A stretch of DNA of 54,166 bases from a virus (IMGVR_UViG_3300030380_000295:1-54166); one strand, 5' to 3'. Positions 25,725-35,477 are shown, counted from the first letter of the stretch. Notes: generated by a model from the sequence alone, not told the origin. A program made the numbers and translations.

Positions 25725-25997
25725 ATGGAATATAAATTTGATGAGAACATAAACTTGAAAACAGTACATCAGTATATCGATAGTACCTACACTCAACACT
25801 ATGCTCATTCTAAATATCAGGCAACCGATATGATTATAGATGCAGGACATGGTGAGGGTTTTTGTATAGGAAATATTATGAAATATTCTATGCGATATGG
25901 GAAGAAGAATGGTAAGTCAAATAAAGATTTACTTAAGATTATACACTACGCATTGATAGCTTTGTACTTAAATCAGGATGAAAACAAAAATGATTAA
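25725..25997 (+). CDS. DUF3310-like protein (T7 gp1.7 nucleotide-kinase-related)
   Basis: HY, GFCIGNIMKY..RYGKK.G....DLLK..HY motifs. Confidence 0.7.
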   Translation: MEYKFDENINLKTVHQYIDSTYTQHYAHSKYQATDMIIDAGHGEGFCIGNIMKYSMRYGKKNGKSNKDLLKIIHYALIALYLNQDENKND

Positions 25998-27867
25998 AGA
26001 ATATTTAGGAATACAAATAGATTACAGTAAAGATAAAAAACTAGATAAGTTTAGTATTGATACTTTGTCCGATAGATACTATTGGGAAAATGAGAAGAGT
26101 CCACAAGAAGCTTTTGCAAGAGCTGCAGTTTTTGGAGCTACATACAAAGGACAAATAAATTTTAGTTTAGCACAGAGGTTATATAATTATGCATCCGATC
26201 ATTGGTTTATGTTTAGCACTCCTATACTTAGTAACGGGGGAACAACTCGTGGCTTACCTATTAGCTGCTTTCTCAATTACGTACCTGATTCGAGGGTTGG
26301 TCTTTCTGATCACTATGATGAAAACATATGGCTCGCAAGTTCAGGTGGAGGTATCGGTGGATATTGGGGAGATGTTAGGAGTGATGGTGTGTCAACTGGC
26401 AACGGTTCTCGTTCTACTGGATCAATCCCGTTTATGCATGTTGTAGACTCTCAGATGTTAGCCTTCAATCAAGGCACTACAAGACGAGGAAGTTATGCTG
26501 CATACTCTGACATATCTCATCCGGAGATTGAAGAATTTATTAACATGCGTAAGTCTTCTGGTGGAGATATTAATAGAAAGAATCTTAACTTACACAACGC
26601 AGTCAACATAACTAATGAGTTCTTAGAAGCTGTTAAGACTGACGATGAATGGAGATTGATAGACCCTAAGACTAATGAACCTACTAAAGTTATTAGTGCT
26701 AGAGAATTATGGATGCGTTTACTTGAGACTAGAGCAGAGACTGGTGAGCCTTATTTAATTAATATAGATACATGTAATGAAGCATTACCGGCAAAACAAA
26801 AAGAGTTAGGTTTAAAAATTAATCAAAGTAACTTATGCTCTGAGATTACTTTAGCAACAAACGATGAACGTACTGCTGTTTGTTGTTTGTCTAGTGTTAA
26901 TTTAGAATATTATGATACATGGAAAGATGATGAAAAGTTTATAAAAGATTTAGTAACAATGCTTGACAATGTTCTTGAGCATTTTATTGGAGAGATAGTA
27001 CACACAGAAAAATTAGGTGGTTACACTGCAAATTATAAGAGGTTTAAAAGTTATGTTAAAGAAGGTAAAAAAGGTTTGGTTAAAGCTGCGTACTCAGCAT
27101 ACAGAGAACGATCAATTGGATTGGGTGCAATGGGATTCCACTCATACCTCCAAAGTAAAGGGCTATCTTTTAATGGTCTTCAACAGACTGGGATTAACAA
27201 CACCATATTTTCTACTATTAAATCCAAGGCTTCGGAAGCTACTACTCTACTTGCTGAAATGCGTGGTGAAGCTCCTGATGTACATGGTAGCAATAAGCGT
27301 AACGCTCATCTTTTGGCTATTGCTCCTAATGCCAGTAGTAGCATTATATGTGGTGGTACTTCCCCTAGTATTGAACCATATCGTGCTAACGTATATACGC
27401 ACAAAACTTTATCAGGTAACTACAAAGTTAAAAATAAATTTCTAGAAAAACTTCTTAAACAGAAAGGACTTCTTGCAGATGAAAGAGAAAAGGTATGGAA
27501 AGATATTTCAAATGAAAGAGGTTCTATACAAAATATTAAAATATTTAATAAAGAAGAAAAAGAAATATTTAAAACAGCAGATGAAATAAATCAATTACAT
27601 TTAGTAGAACACGCAAAGATTAGACAAGAATATATTTGTCAAAGTCAAAGTGTTAATCTTTTCTTTGTGCCACCGAAGGCTACAGAATCTCAAAAAGTAC
27701 ATGATGAATTTTTACAATACTTAAATGATGTTCATTGGTATGCTATGCATAATTTAAAATCATTGTACTATTTAAGATCAGATGCTGCTAAGTCTGCAGA
27801 AAATGTAAACGTAAGAATACCTAGAATTAATTTAGAAGACACAGAATGTATAAGCTGTGAAGGATAA
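25978..27867 (+). CDS. nrdA: Class I ribonucleotide reductase alpha subunit
   Basis: STPILSN, LPISCFL, QSNLCSEI, VCCLSS, IAPNASSS, KSLYY and C-terminal CISCEG; no ATP cone. Confidence 0.95.
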   Translation: MKTKMIKEYLGIQIDYSKDKKLDKFSIDTLSDRYYWENEKSPQEAFARAAVFGATYKGQINFSLAQRLYNYASDHWFMFSTPILSNGGTTRGLPISCFLNYVPDSRVGLSDHYDENIWLASSGGGIGGYWGDVRSDGVSTGNGSRSTGSIPFMHVVDSQMLAFNQGTTRRGSYAAYSDISHPEIEEFINMRKSSGGDINRKNLNLHNAVNITNEFLEAVKTDDEWRLIDPKTNEPTKVISARELWMRLLETRAETGEPYLINIDTCNEALPAKQKELGLKINQSNLCSEITLATNDERTAVCCLSSVNLEYYDTWKDDEKFIKDLVTMLDNVLEHFIGEIVHTEKLGGYTANYKRFKSYVKEGKKGLVKAAYSAYRERSIGLGAMGFHSYLQSKGLSFNGLQQTGINNTIFSTIKSKASEATTLLAEMRGEAPDVHGSNKRNAHLLAIAPNASSSIICGGTSPSIEPYRANVYTHKTLSGNYKVKNKFLEKLLKQKGLLADEREKVWKDISNERGSIQNIKIFNKEEKEIFKTADEINQLHLVEHAKIRQEYICQSQSVNLFFVPPKATESQKVHDEFLQYLNDVHWYAMHNLKSLYYLRSDAAKSAENVNVRIPRINLEDTECISCEG

Positions 27868-27870
27868 GAT

Positions 27871-28092
27871 ATGACAGAAGAAAAATTTGACAGAATGTAT
27901 GAGAGTAGATTTGATGCTCTCCAAAAGAAATATGAAGCTGAGATAGCTATAGCTAGAACAGAATTAGATACTTACTTTCAATTAAGTGTGGGAGTAGCAG
28001 AGCATCCCCACGTTATTGAATCAATGGATGTACTTTTTGATCAGTTAGCTAACGCTCAAGAAAAATTAGACTTACTAATTAAGGAGTTTTAA
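27871..28092 (+). CDS. Hypothetical protein
   Basis: 73 aa helical hairpin with a VGVAEHP motif. Confidence 0.7.
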   Translation: MTEEKFDRMYESRFDALQKKYEAEIAIARTELDTYFQLSVGVAEHPHVIESMDVLFDQLANAQEKLDLLIKEF

Positions 28093-28250
28093 TGGAAGAT
28101 TCATTTAGTCAGTTTTGTAGGAGGATGTGGTTAGACCATTGTGATGATAATAAAACACCACATTCTGTAACATACACAGAAGCAGAATATAAAAAAGAAT
28201 TTAACAAATGGCTACTGAAAAAGTATGCCGAAGAACAGGAAAAAACATGA
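28092..28250 (+). CDS. Small hypothetical protein (52 aa)
   Basis: AAGGAG RBS; MEDSFSQFCRRMWLDHCDDN...; ATGA overlap with nrdB. Confidence 0.65.
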   Translation: MEDSFSQFCRRMWLDHCDDNKTPHSVTYTEAEYKKEFNKWLLKKYAEEQEKT

Positions 28251-29233
28251 GCTTATTAGGAACACAAAATTATTTTAAACCATTCGAGCATCCTTGGATG
28301 TTTGACTATTGGGATTTACAGCAACAGATGCATTGGATACCTAATGATGTACCTCTCAACACTGATGTAAAGGATTGGAACAATCATCTTACAGATGAAG
28401 AACGTAATTTAGTTAAACAAATATTTAGATTATTTACACAGTCAGATGTAGATGTAGGTGCAGCTTATATTCATAAGTATATGAAATTGTTCAGAAAACC
28501 AGAGGCACAATTAATGATGTCAGCATTTGCTAACATGGAAGGAATACATCAGGTTGCTTACAGTCAGCTACTAGAAACAATTGGTATGTCAGATAAAGAG
28601 TACAAAGCTTTTGCTGAATACGAAGAGATGGCTAACAAACATGAATATCTTTTAGACTTTAAACCTACAAGAAACAATAAACCAGAAATTGCAAAAGCGT
28701 TAGCAGTATACTCTGCATTCACCGAAGGACTACAGTTGTTTAGTAGCTTTGCAATCTTGTTAAACTTTCCTAGATATGGTAAGATGAAAGGTATGGGTCA
28801 GATTGTTACATACTCTATACGTGACGAGTCTCTACATGTTGAAGCTATGACTAAATTATTTAGAGAGTTTATAAAAGAAAATCCTGAGTTGTGGACTGAC
28901 GATCTGAAGAAAGAACTATATGATATCTGTAGAAAAATGGTAGAGCTAGAAGATAAATTTTTAGATTTAGTATTTGAGATGGGTAATCTTGAAGGACTTA
29001 CTAAAGATGAAATGTATGCATACAACAGATACATAGCTGATAGAAGATTATTACAGTTGGGATTAAAACCAAACTTTAAACAAAAAGACAATCCTTTGGA
29101 GTGGATTGACGAAGTAATAGGTGTTGAACATCAAAACTTTTTTGAAGGTAAAGCAACATCCTATATGAAAGCAGGGCTAAGAGGAAATCATGGAAGTTTA
29201 ACTTTTACGGAATTGCAAAATGAAAAAGAATGA
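28247..29233 (+). CDS. nrdB: Class Ia ribonucleotide reductase beta subunit
   Basis: FTQSD, EGIHQVAY (radical Tyr), EGLQLFSSF, DESLH, NFFE; start probably 28247 (MSLL). Confidence 0.95.
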   Translation: MSLLGTQNYFKPFEHPWMFDYWDLQQQMHWIPNDVPLNTDVKDWNNHLTDEERNLVKQIFRLFTQSDVDVGAAYIHKYMKLFRKPEAQLMMSAFANMEGIHQVAYSQLLETIGMSDKEYKAFAEYEEMANKHEYLLDFKPTRNNKPEIAKALAVYSAFTEGLQLFSSFAILLNFPRYGKMKGMGQIVTYSIRDESLHVEAMTKLFREFIKENPELWTDDLKKELYDICRKMVELEDKFLDLVFEMGNLEGLTKDEMYAYNRYIADRRLLQLGLKPNFKQKDNPLEWIDEVIGVEHQNFFEGKATSYMKAGLRGNHGSLTFTELQNEKE

Positions 29234-29438
29234 AGCCACATTAATTAGTTATAAATTAGTAATGGATCAAAAAGGAAAAGTGTATAGTGAACGTAGCATT
29301 AGTGATATAGATCAACTCGAAGAAAGATTTAATCCTATTTTATTTAATACTTTAAAGACTACACTGCGAAGAGCATCCTCTGAACTAGATACTATTCATA
29401 ATAAAATTGAAGCAGATTTAAATTGTAGAATTCAATAA
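29220..29438 (+). CDS. Hypothetical protein (last gene of the + arm)
   Basis: 72 aa; overlaps the cyclase stop convergently by 21 nt. Confidence 0.6.
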   Translation: MKKNEATLISYKLVMDQKGKVYSERSISDIDQLEERFNPILFNTLKTTLRRASSELDTIHNKIEADLNCRIQ

Positions 29439-31199
29439 CGTATAAATTTTTAGTGGCTCTGTTTTACCTTTTACAGGTATTGGTTTTAAAACTTTAAAAA
29501 CATTTGAGCACTTAGATGTGGTTACATGAGTAATCAATAGATCATGTCCTGCTTCTTTACATGCTGACTCTGTTCTAGCTGCAGTATTAACAGCATCACC
29601 TATAGCTGTATAATCGAAACGTGATTCACTACCCATGTTTCCTATTACAGCTTCACCACTATTAATACCAATCCCAATAGCTATGGGATCAATGTTTTGG
29701 TTTTTTAATTCTTCATTCAAAGTTATCATTCCTTCTTGAATATCCAACGCACAGTCTACTGCTTTCTGTTCGTGTCCTTCCAAGTCTAATGGTGCTCCGA
29801 AGATAGCCATCATTGCATCACCAATATATTTATCTACCATACCACCATGTTTCTGAACAGCCTGTTGTTGTACAGTCAATGCTTTGTTCATAACATATGT
29901 TACATCTTGAGGATCAAGCTTCTCTGACATAGCTGTAAATCCTCTTACGTCTGTAAATAAAAAGGTACAGTACCTCTTTTCTCCACCCAACTTTAAAAGC
30001 TCCGGATTGTTTTGTAATCTCTTTATTTGAGCCGGGTCTAAATAGTGTTCAAACTGTTTTTTAATTTGCTGACGAAGTTTAAATTGTGTCCTATAATTTA
30101 GATAAAAAGCTACACTTGCAGTTATAAACTGTGAGATCAAAGACCACGACACATCTATCAAGATTCCACGCTGAATTAAGTAGTATCCAGAAAACGCTGT
30201 TAGAGCACCGATAAATCCTGCTAATACCAGTCCAAGGGTAATACCAAATACGTTTAATACAAGCCAAATACAGGCGATTGAGAGGGTAAATATGAGTACT
30301 TCTGCAGCTAGACTGTAATCAGGTATGTAAGGGCTATTCTGGACCAAGATTGACTCGGCTAATGCAGCTTGAATTTTGTGTGGTTCTAGTAATCCAACCG
30401 GTGTACTTAGCTGTGGCATAACACCGTTAGCTGTCACTCCAACAATCACAAACTTATCTTGGACAGACATATCTTTTAATGTTGTAGAAGGGGTATCAAC
30501 CCAACTAATCCACTTACGACCAAGAGAGTCTACAGGTACAGCAGGAATTCCTTTTACTCTAACTTCTTCTATACCATTTTGATTTGTTTTAATTACATAT
30601 GTATCAGCACCTGCTAAAACTTTTAAGACTTGTGTACCAAAAGAAGCTACCCAACCATCCGGAGTTCGCATTAACAAAGGTAGTCTTCTAACCAATCCAT
30701 CTACATCTATTGGAGCAGATGCAATCCCTTGAGTTGCTTTAGATTTTAACAAGTCTATATTCTCTACGACACCTGATAATTCATAACCACCTATATCATC
30801 TCCTAATATAACTGTTCCTTCTGTTCTAGGAAACTTACCATTGTTATATTCAAACATAGATAATATACTTGGATGCAATCCTAATACATTTGCTAACTCT
30901 TCATCACCTCCAAATCTATCAGGCTCACTAAATGATATAACATATCCAACACCTATAGCTCCACGATTCAATAACTCCATATGTATTTCAGCTAACCTTT
31001 GACGAGGTAAAGGATAACCACCTTCTCTTTGTATATCCTCCTCAGTTATGTCAAGGGTTGTAAAGTATCCTGAAGCTGACTGCTCTGGAATTAATGCATC
31101 AAAAGTTTTTAACTTCAATACTTCTAGAGGTAGCATATTAAACACAAGAGGAATACCAAGAAGCACTGTGAGTCCTAACCATTGTAATGTTTTTATCAT
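29418..31199 (-). CDS. CHASE2-domain membrane class III adenylate cyclase
   Basis: N-terminal TM, CHASE2 (IDVDGLVRRLPL, DKFVIVG, H.IQA), three TMs, then FTDVRGFT, DKYIGDAMM, YTAIGDAVNTAARTE and VKGK. The Lys/Thr specificity pair indicates ATP. Confidence 0.92.
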   Translation of the reverse strand: MIKTLQWLGLTVLLGIPLVFNMLPLEVLKLKTFDALIPEQSASGYFTTLDITEEDIQREGGYPLPRQRLAEIHMELLNRGAIGVGYVISFSEPDRFGGDEELANVLGLHPSILSMFEYNNGKFPRTEGTVILGDDIGGYELSGVVENIDLLKSKATQGIASAPIDVDGLVRRLPLLMRTPDGWVASFGTQVLKVLAGADTYVIKTNQNGIEEVRVKGIPAVPVDSLGRKWISWVDTPSTTLKDMSVQDKFVIVGVTANGVMPQLSTPVGLLEPHKIQAALAESILVQNSPYIPDYSLAAEVLIFTLSIACIWLVLNVFGITLGLVLAGFIGALTAFSGYYLIQRGILIDVSWSLISQFITASVAFYLNYRTQFKLRQQIKKQFEHYLDPAQIKRLQNNPELLKLGGEKRYCTFLFTDVRGFTAMSEKLDPQDVTYVMNKALTVQQQAVQKHGGMVDKYIGDAMMAIFGAPLDLEGHEQKAVDCALDIQEGMITLNEELKNQNIDPIAIGIGINSGEAVIGNMGSESRFDYTAIGDAVNTAARTESACKEAGHDLLITHVTTSKCSNVFKVLKPIPVKGKTEPLKIYTLLNSTI

Positions 31200-32278
31200 G
31201 AGCCTTGCCTTATCTTTATTGTTGATGAACCACCACCATTTACTTTGATGGTATGAGATACTCCGTCTTGTATTAAAATAAGAGTAAAACTTTCGTCACT
31301 ACCTGTATCTAATCTAAAAGAACTTTCTATATTTCTACGAAGACTTATTGTTTGTCCTTGTACTATAGTTGTAATTTGTGTATCAGCATCCTGTCCTATC
31401 TGTGTACCTACTAATGTAAATCCAGATACATCTTTTAGTTTATCTTCCTCTTCGTCTACTTGCAATACATCTAATACATCTAATAAGTCTTCGAGAAAGT
31501 TTACATCTAAATAATTTATATCTAATTCTGTAAACTCTAACTCTGCTTCTGCATCTAAAAAGTCTTCATTTAAATAGTCTATATCTAAATCATTAAAATC
31601 TAAAAATCCAGATGAGGAAGATACTGAAACTTCTTGAGCAAACTGTGGGTCTTCTTTTGGAGGTGTTACAATAAGCATGTTATCTATCAAGTCTAATGTA
31701 AGATCAAGGATTACTGGCTTACTTGGCGAGTTCTCAAAGACTGATACGCTTGTTGCTTGGAAAGGTTTGTTAAGTACAACAGTGCCTGTAGCTGTAGATA
31801 CAAGTATCTCACCACTAGATAAACCTTCTTCATCTGGTAAAAGTATTATTAAAGACCTGCCAAGTTCGTCTACAGTACAAGTAAAGTCTGTACCACGAAT
31901 TGCTATGTTTGCTGTTGGTGTTGAGAGATTAATGTTTTCTTTATTAATCTTACCAAGACTACTAGTGACAAATCGTATTGTGCCACTAGCAAATTGTAGA
32001 GCCATCTTAGATTTAGATGGGTCTGGATCGTAGATGTACTCATCAATAATTAACTGAGAATGTTCAGTCAATCGTACACGACTATCATCTAGAAATGTAA
32101 TGCCTAACCTTCCATTAGACGTTTGTACATTATCGTAACTGTCTATATCAAAAGCTAGGGTAGCAGCGTAAGCATCATCTCTTACAACTCTACCCGAACC
32201 TTCTAATTCTGTAATGCTTCCTATATCAGCAAGAAGTGGACAAGCCACCATCAGACTGAACCACACAGACTGTTCCAT
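31196..32278 (-). CDS. Secreted FecR-domain protein with an acidic low-complexity region
   Basis: Signal peptide from ATG 32278; D.VQT..GR..ITFLD.S.VRL.E.S.L.IDEY and TPTANIAIRGTDF. Confidence 0.85.
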   Translation of the reverse strand: MEQSVWFSLMVACPLLADIGSITELEGSGRVVRDDAYAATLAFDIDSYDNVQTSNGRLGITFLDDSRVRLTEHSQLIIDEYIYDPDPSKSKMALQFASGTIRFVTSSLGKINKENINLSTPTANIAIRGTDFTCTVDELGRSLIILLPDEEGLSSGEILVSTATGTVVLNKPFQATSVSVFENSPSKPVILDLTLDLIDNMLIVTPPKEDPQFAQEVSVSSSSGFLDFNDLDIDYLNEDFLDAEAELEFTELDINYLDVNFLEDLLDVLDVLQVDEEEDKLKDVSGFTLVGTQIGQDADTQITTIVQGQTISLRRNIESSFRLDTGSDESFTLILIQDGVSHTIKVNGGGSSTIKIRQGS

Positions 32279-32936
32279 TACTGCCTGTCGAATCGATTCT
32301 AAGCCAATCATTATCTAATGTACTCTGTTGATCTACGTTAAATGTTCTGGAACTACCTGTTTGATCTAAGTAAAAGTATCCTCCGGCATAACCATCACCA
32401 TCGAAAGTTACGCTGTTAGAGTTACCATCTATATCTACATAGCTTGTACCTGAGTCATAATCAATATCAAAGTCTAGTGTGTTACTATCACCTTGTATAA
32501 TCCAATCAAGATCAGTTGTACTTGCCATAGCTACAGTTGCAAGGTCTAAAGTAAATGTATTACTTGTACCTGTTACATCTACATTTAAGTTTGAACTATC
32601 AGCTCCATATGTGTTTGTTGGATCAACCTGTATATTAAACGTGTTACTGTCTCCATCAAACTCAAAGAAGCCTGTTAATGTATCAGCCAGAATATCTCCA
32701 AGAAATTTATTTGAGTCACCTATTTGATTTATGTCTAGTGTCATACTAGAACCATCTAAATCTAAAGGAGTCATTGTTCCTGCAACTGCATCAGTACCAC
32801 CAATGATGTTACCTGAACCTAACTGCTCTAAATCTATGTTAGCTGTAGCTCCTGACTGATCAACGTATATTTCGTTATCAGCCCCGAATGTCAATGCACT
32901 CACCACAATCAATAGGCTTAATGCTATCTTCTTCAT
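32226..32936 (-). CDS. Secreted curlin-like (CsgA/CsgB-like) repeat protein
   Basis: Signal peptide; repeated Q/D-x-G-x-x-N units (EQLGSGN, NQIGDSN, FDGDSN, IQGDSN, IDGNSN); terminal Cys pair. Confidence 0.7.
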   Translation of the reverse strand: MKKIALSLLIVVSALTFGADNEIYVDQSGATANIDLEQLGSGNIIGGTDAVAGTMTPLDLDGSSMTLDINQIGDSNKFLGDILADTLTGFFEFDGDSNTFNIQVDPTNTYGADSSNLNVDVTGTSNTFTLDLATVAMASTTDLDWIIQGDSNTLDFDIDYDSGTSYVDIDGNSNSVTFDGDGYAGGYFYLDQTGSSRTFNVDQQSTLDNDWLRIDSTGSNGTVCVVQSDGGLSTSC

Positions 32937-33729
32937 ATTCCCAATATCCTCTATCTATTCCTGTTTCTATTATATTTAAAACACCTGTCTCTACTGCTCT
33001 TTGCAAAGCTATAGATACAGATTCGTTTTCTGTAAACCCTCCTTCAACTTCGACAAGTTCAGTTCCAAGTTCTATGAACCGAAATATATCTTGTGACAAA
33101 CCTACAGATAAAATACTTTTAGAGACTAATACCTCTATGAGTACTTCACCTGTGCTTACAGAAACCAATCGTAGGGAGATACTGACTGTATCTTCTCGGT
33201 ACTGTTTACTCGTACCTATGCCTAAATATCTAGCACCTAATCCACCACTACTCAGATTTGTATCGTAACTAATAACTCCACCTTGTACTAACAAACCTGC
33301 AAAGAGTAATGGTTTTAATTTATTATCCTCTTTGAATTCTTTTCTTGTTGTTCTTATGAGCTGTCTTTCTTTTGTAAGATCATCTAATCCTACTCGTTCT
33401 ACAACTTTAAAGAACTTCCCATCTGCAGCATGCTTAAAAGCCCTGATTAAAAAAGCTTCAGGTGCTTGGGTAATTGCTGTACTAAAAAGAGCAAACTCAC
33501 TGTTACTTTTACGTTGCCCTGTCAAGTCTTTGAAGCTGTTAGGGTATACTGCAATTGTCGGCTTATTTAAAGCTGCCGGTAAATCTTTTAATTCTTTTGA
33601 CTGTAAATCTAATACAGATGATTCTTGTATAACTATGTTAGGTATACCACCTGTAGTTAATAATGAATCATACTTGATAGCACAACTAGAAAGTAAAAGA
33701 CCCAATAGGCAAAGTGATAATTGTTTCAT
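32878..33729 (-). CDS. csgG: Curli secretion pore lipoprotein CsgG
   Basis: Lipobox LLSSC; F.DLTGQRK, FSTAITQ, F.VVER.GLD.L.KERQLIR, GG.GARYLGIG....YR.D.V...LRLVSV.TGEVL. Confidence 0.92.
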   Translation of the reverse strand: MKQLSLCLLGLLLSSCAIKYDSLLTTGGIPNIVIQESSVLDLQSKELKDLPAALNKPTIAVYPNSFKDLTGQRKSNSEFALFSTAITQAPEAFLIRAFKHAADGKFFKVVERVGLDDLTKERQLIRTTRKEFKEDNKLKPLLFAGLLVQGGVISYDTNLSSGGLGARYLGIGTSKQYREDTVSISLRLVSVSTGEVLIEVLVSKSILSVGLSQDIFRFIELGTELVEVEGGFTENESVSIALQRAVETGVLNIIETGIDRGYWEYEEDSIKPIDCGECIDIRG

Positions 33730-34201
33730 TCCCTTCTGCATCCGTTATTTTTAGTGTGATATATTCTCCATCTGCTTCATACTCAATTGTATTACCTTCT
33801 AGTTCTACTTGACCAGACTCAGAGGGATTCTCTCCAAATAAATTTTCTACTAACTGCCTAGATAATTGTGCATATATTCTAGACTCTAAGTTTCTAATAA
33901 ATCTGGCAAGTGTTGTGTTCTTTGCTTCTCGTGCAAGCTCATCTTGATAAGCCTCTACCTCTGCTTTAATGGCTTCTTTCCTATTGAACTCTTGATTTTC
34001 TATTGTAAGGTAATGAGAGCTTGTGTTGTCACCCGAAAAGCTAGGGTTCTTAAACTTATGTACTAACTGATCTGCAGCTAGTGTGTTAATAAGAAACATT
34101 GACAAGATCATAAATGTTAATGCAACTATCTGTAACACCGACATGATAGCTACTTGTTTCATTGGGTGTATGTCTTCAATCTTAATCTTTTCTTTGATCA
34201 T
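33686..34201 (-). CDS. csgF: Curli assembly protein CsgF
   Basis: Hydrophobic leader then LVHKFKNPSFSG (compare CsgF F.FRNPNFGG), F..NLESRIYAQLS.QL, and G..T.I.LP end. Confidence 0.85.
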   Translation of the reverse strand: MIKEKIKIEDIHPMKQVAIMSVLQIVALTFMILSMFLINTLAADQLVHKFKNPSFSGDNTSSHYLTIENQEFNRKEAIKAEVEAYQDELAREAKNTTLARFIRNLESRIYAQLSRQLVENLFGENPSESGQVELEGNTIEYEADGEYITLKITDAEGNETIITLPIGSFTF

Positions 34202-34532
34202 CTCTATCAGCTTTTGCGATCTTGTTACTATCTATAAGTTGTGGTACTCCTAGTATAGTTTTGATAAGTGTATCTTGACGAATGATCTCATTGTCTAAAC
34301 TACGTACTCTGTCTATTAAGGCTACTAAGATACCATGCTGTGAATCTAACTTAGTACCTAGTCTTAGTTCCATTTGTTCTATTTGGTCAGCAACTTTATC
34401 ATCGAGTACATCAAGTTTAGTTTCCATACCATCAATAATACGATTAATAAGTTTCCAAATGAAGAAACCTAATCCTAATGCAGCAGCTATTGGAAAACCT
34501 ACTTCATTAATAAACTGAATTGCTTGGTCCAT
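34182..34532 (-). CDS. Small membrane protein (holin-like, single TM plus coiled coil)
   Basis: INEVGFPIAAALGLGFFIWK N-terminus. Confidence 0.6.
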   Translation of the reverse strand: MDQAIQFINEVGFPIAAALGLGFFIWKLINRIIDGMETKLDVLDDKVADQIEQMELRLGTKLDSQHGILVALIDRVRSLDNEIIRQDTLIKTILGVPQLIDSNKIAKADRDDQRKD

Positions 34533-34672
34533 ATTTTGAGATGCAACTTCCCTGTGAAGCTAACAATAGCGTTCTTTAAAAATCCTTCTTAAGTTTTAGT
34601 AGTGGTTAGAAAAAGTAATAGTATCCCGCAACTATTAAATATGCCCAACCAACAATACATACAACGCAGACA

Positions 34673-34861
34673 CTATTGGTCACTGCTTTCAGTTGATTTA
34701 CACTCCGTTTTATTAAATTCATTCCATCTTAGGAATTTCTTGGTTTCTAAATCCCAAAACAATCCTTTATAACAATTATCTTGAGAGCCTTCTTCTTCGT
34801 TGTCGTGCCCGAACCAATTCCACCGTCCGTCCTCGATAACGTCTTTTAATTTCTGTTTCAT
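34673..34861 (-). CDS. Hypothetical protein
   Basis: 62 aa, Trp-rich, coupled to the upstream stop. Confidence 0.55.
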   Translation of the reverse strand: MKQKLKDVIEDGRWNWFGHDNEEEGSQDNCYKGLFWDLETKKFLRWNEFNKTECKSTESSDQ

Positions 34862-35331
34862 TAATCTTGTTTATTAGAAGCTCCAAAGTAAAAGCTTATT
34901 ACTGCAGAGGCTAGTCCTCCTAAGTAACCTAGTACTAAGTTTATTAATGCTTCTGAATTCTGTTCTGGTGGCTGTAAAGTTACTAAAAATATGTAGCCTA
35001 AGAAACCACCTACTGTTGCTATACCCATAATACGTGCTGTCCAGTCTTTACTAAACTTACCTCTAGCATCTTGTATGTCTGCTGTCTCAAGCTTAAAGAC
35101 ATCTACTTCAAGCTCTTTCATCTGGAGTTCAAACTCTTGTTCAGCTTTTTTAAGTTCAAGCATTTGCTCTGGTGTAGCTTCTTGTATAGCCTTCTCAATA
35201 GCTTTTGGTGTATTAGGTACTCCAAGTACATCTGCTATCATATTAGCTGCCATGCCTCCCATAGGACCGCCTAGTGCAGTGCCTATTGTAGGTGCTACTG
35301 CTCCTACTAAACTCTTTAACATATCTTTCAT
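34861..35331 (-). CDS. Putative holin (3-TM type)
   Basis: VAPTIGTALGGPMGGMA N-terminus, D.QDAR, two C-terminal TMs ending VISFYFGAS. Confidence 0.65.
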   Translation of the reverse strand: MKDMLKSLVGAVAPTIGTALGGPMGGMAANMIADVLGVPNTPKAIEKAIQEATPEQMLELKKAEQEFELQMKELEVDVFKLETADIQDARGKFSKDWTARIMGIATVGGFLGYIFLVTLQPPEQNSEALINLVLGYLGGLASAVISFYFGASNKQD

Positions 35332-35477
35332 TCTTCGTCCTTATATATTACTTCCATCATATCTTCAAACATTAATCTATAATCTTCTAAAGACATAAAG
35401 GGCATATCTTGTTTTACTTGATGTAGGCAGTACTTCCTGTAACAACCTTCTAATTGATCTTCTAAATACAGTATCAT
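35328..35477 (-). CDS. Small hypothetical protein (49 aa)
   Basis: MILYLEDQLEGCYRKYC...MPFMSLEDYRLMFE; coupled to both neighbours. Confidence 0.6.
   Translation of the reverse strand: MILYLEDQLEGCYRKYCLHQVKQDMPFMSLEDYRLMFEDMMEVIYKDEE

Noticed and set aside
34606-34683. 25-aa hydrophobic minus-strand ORF (MTNSVCVVCIVGWAYLIVAGYYYFF)
   Set aside because: GTG start, weak RBS and too short to support without homologues.
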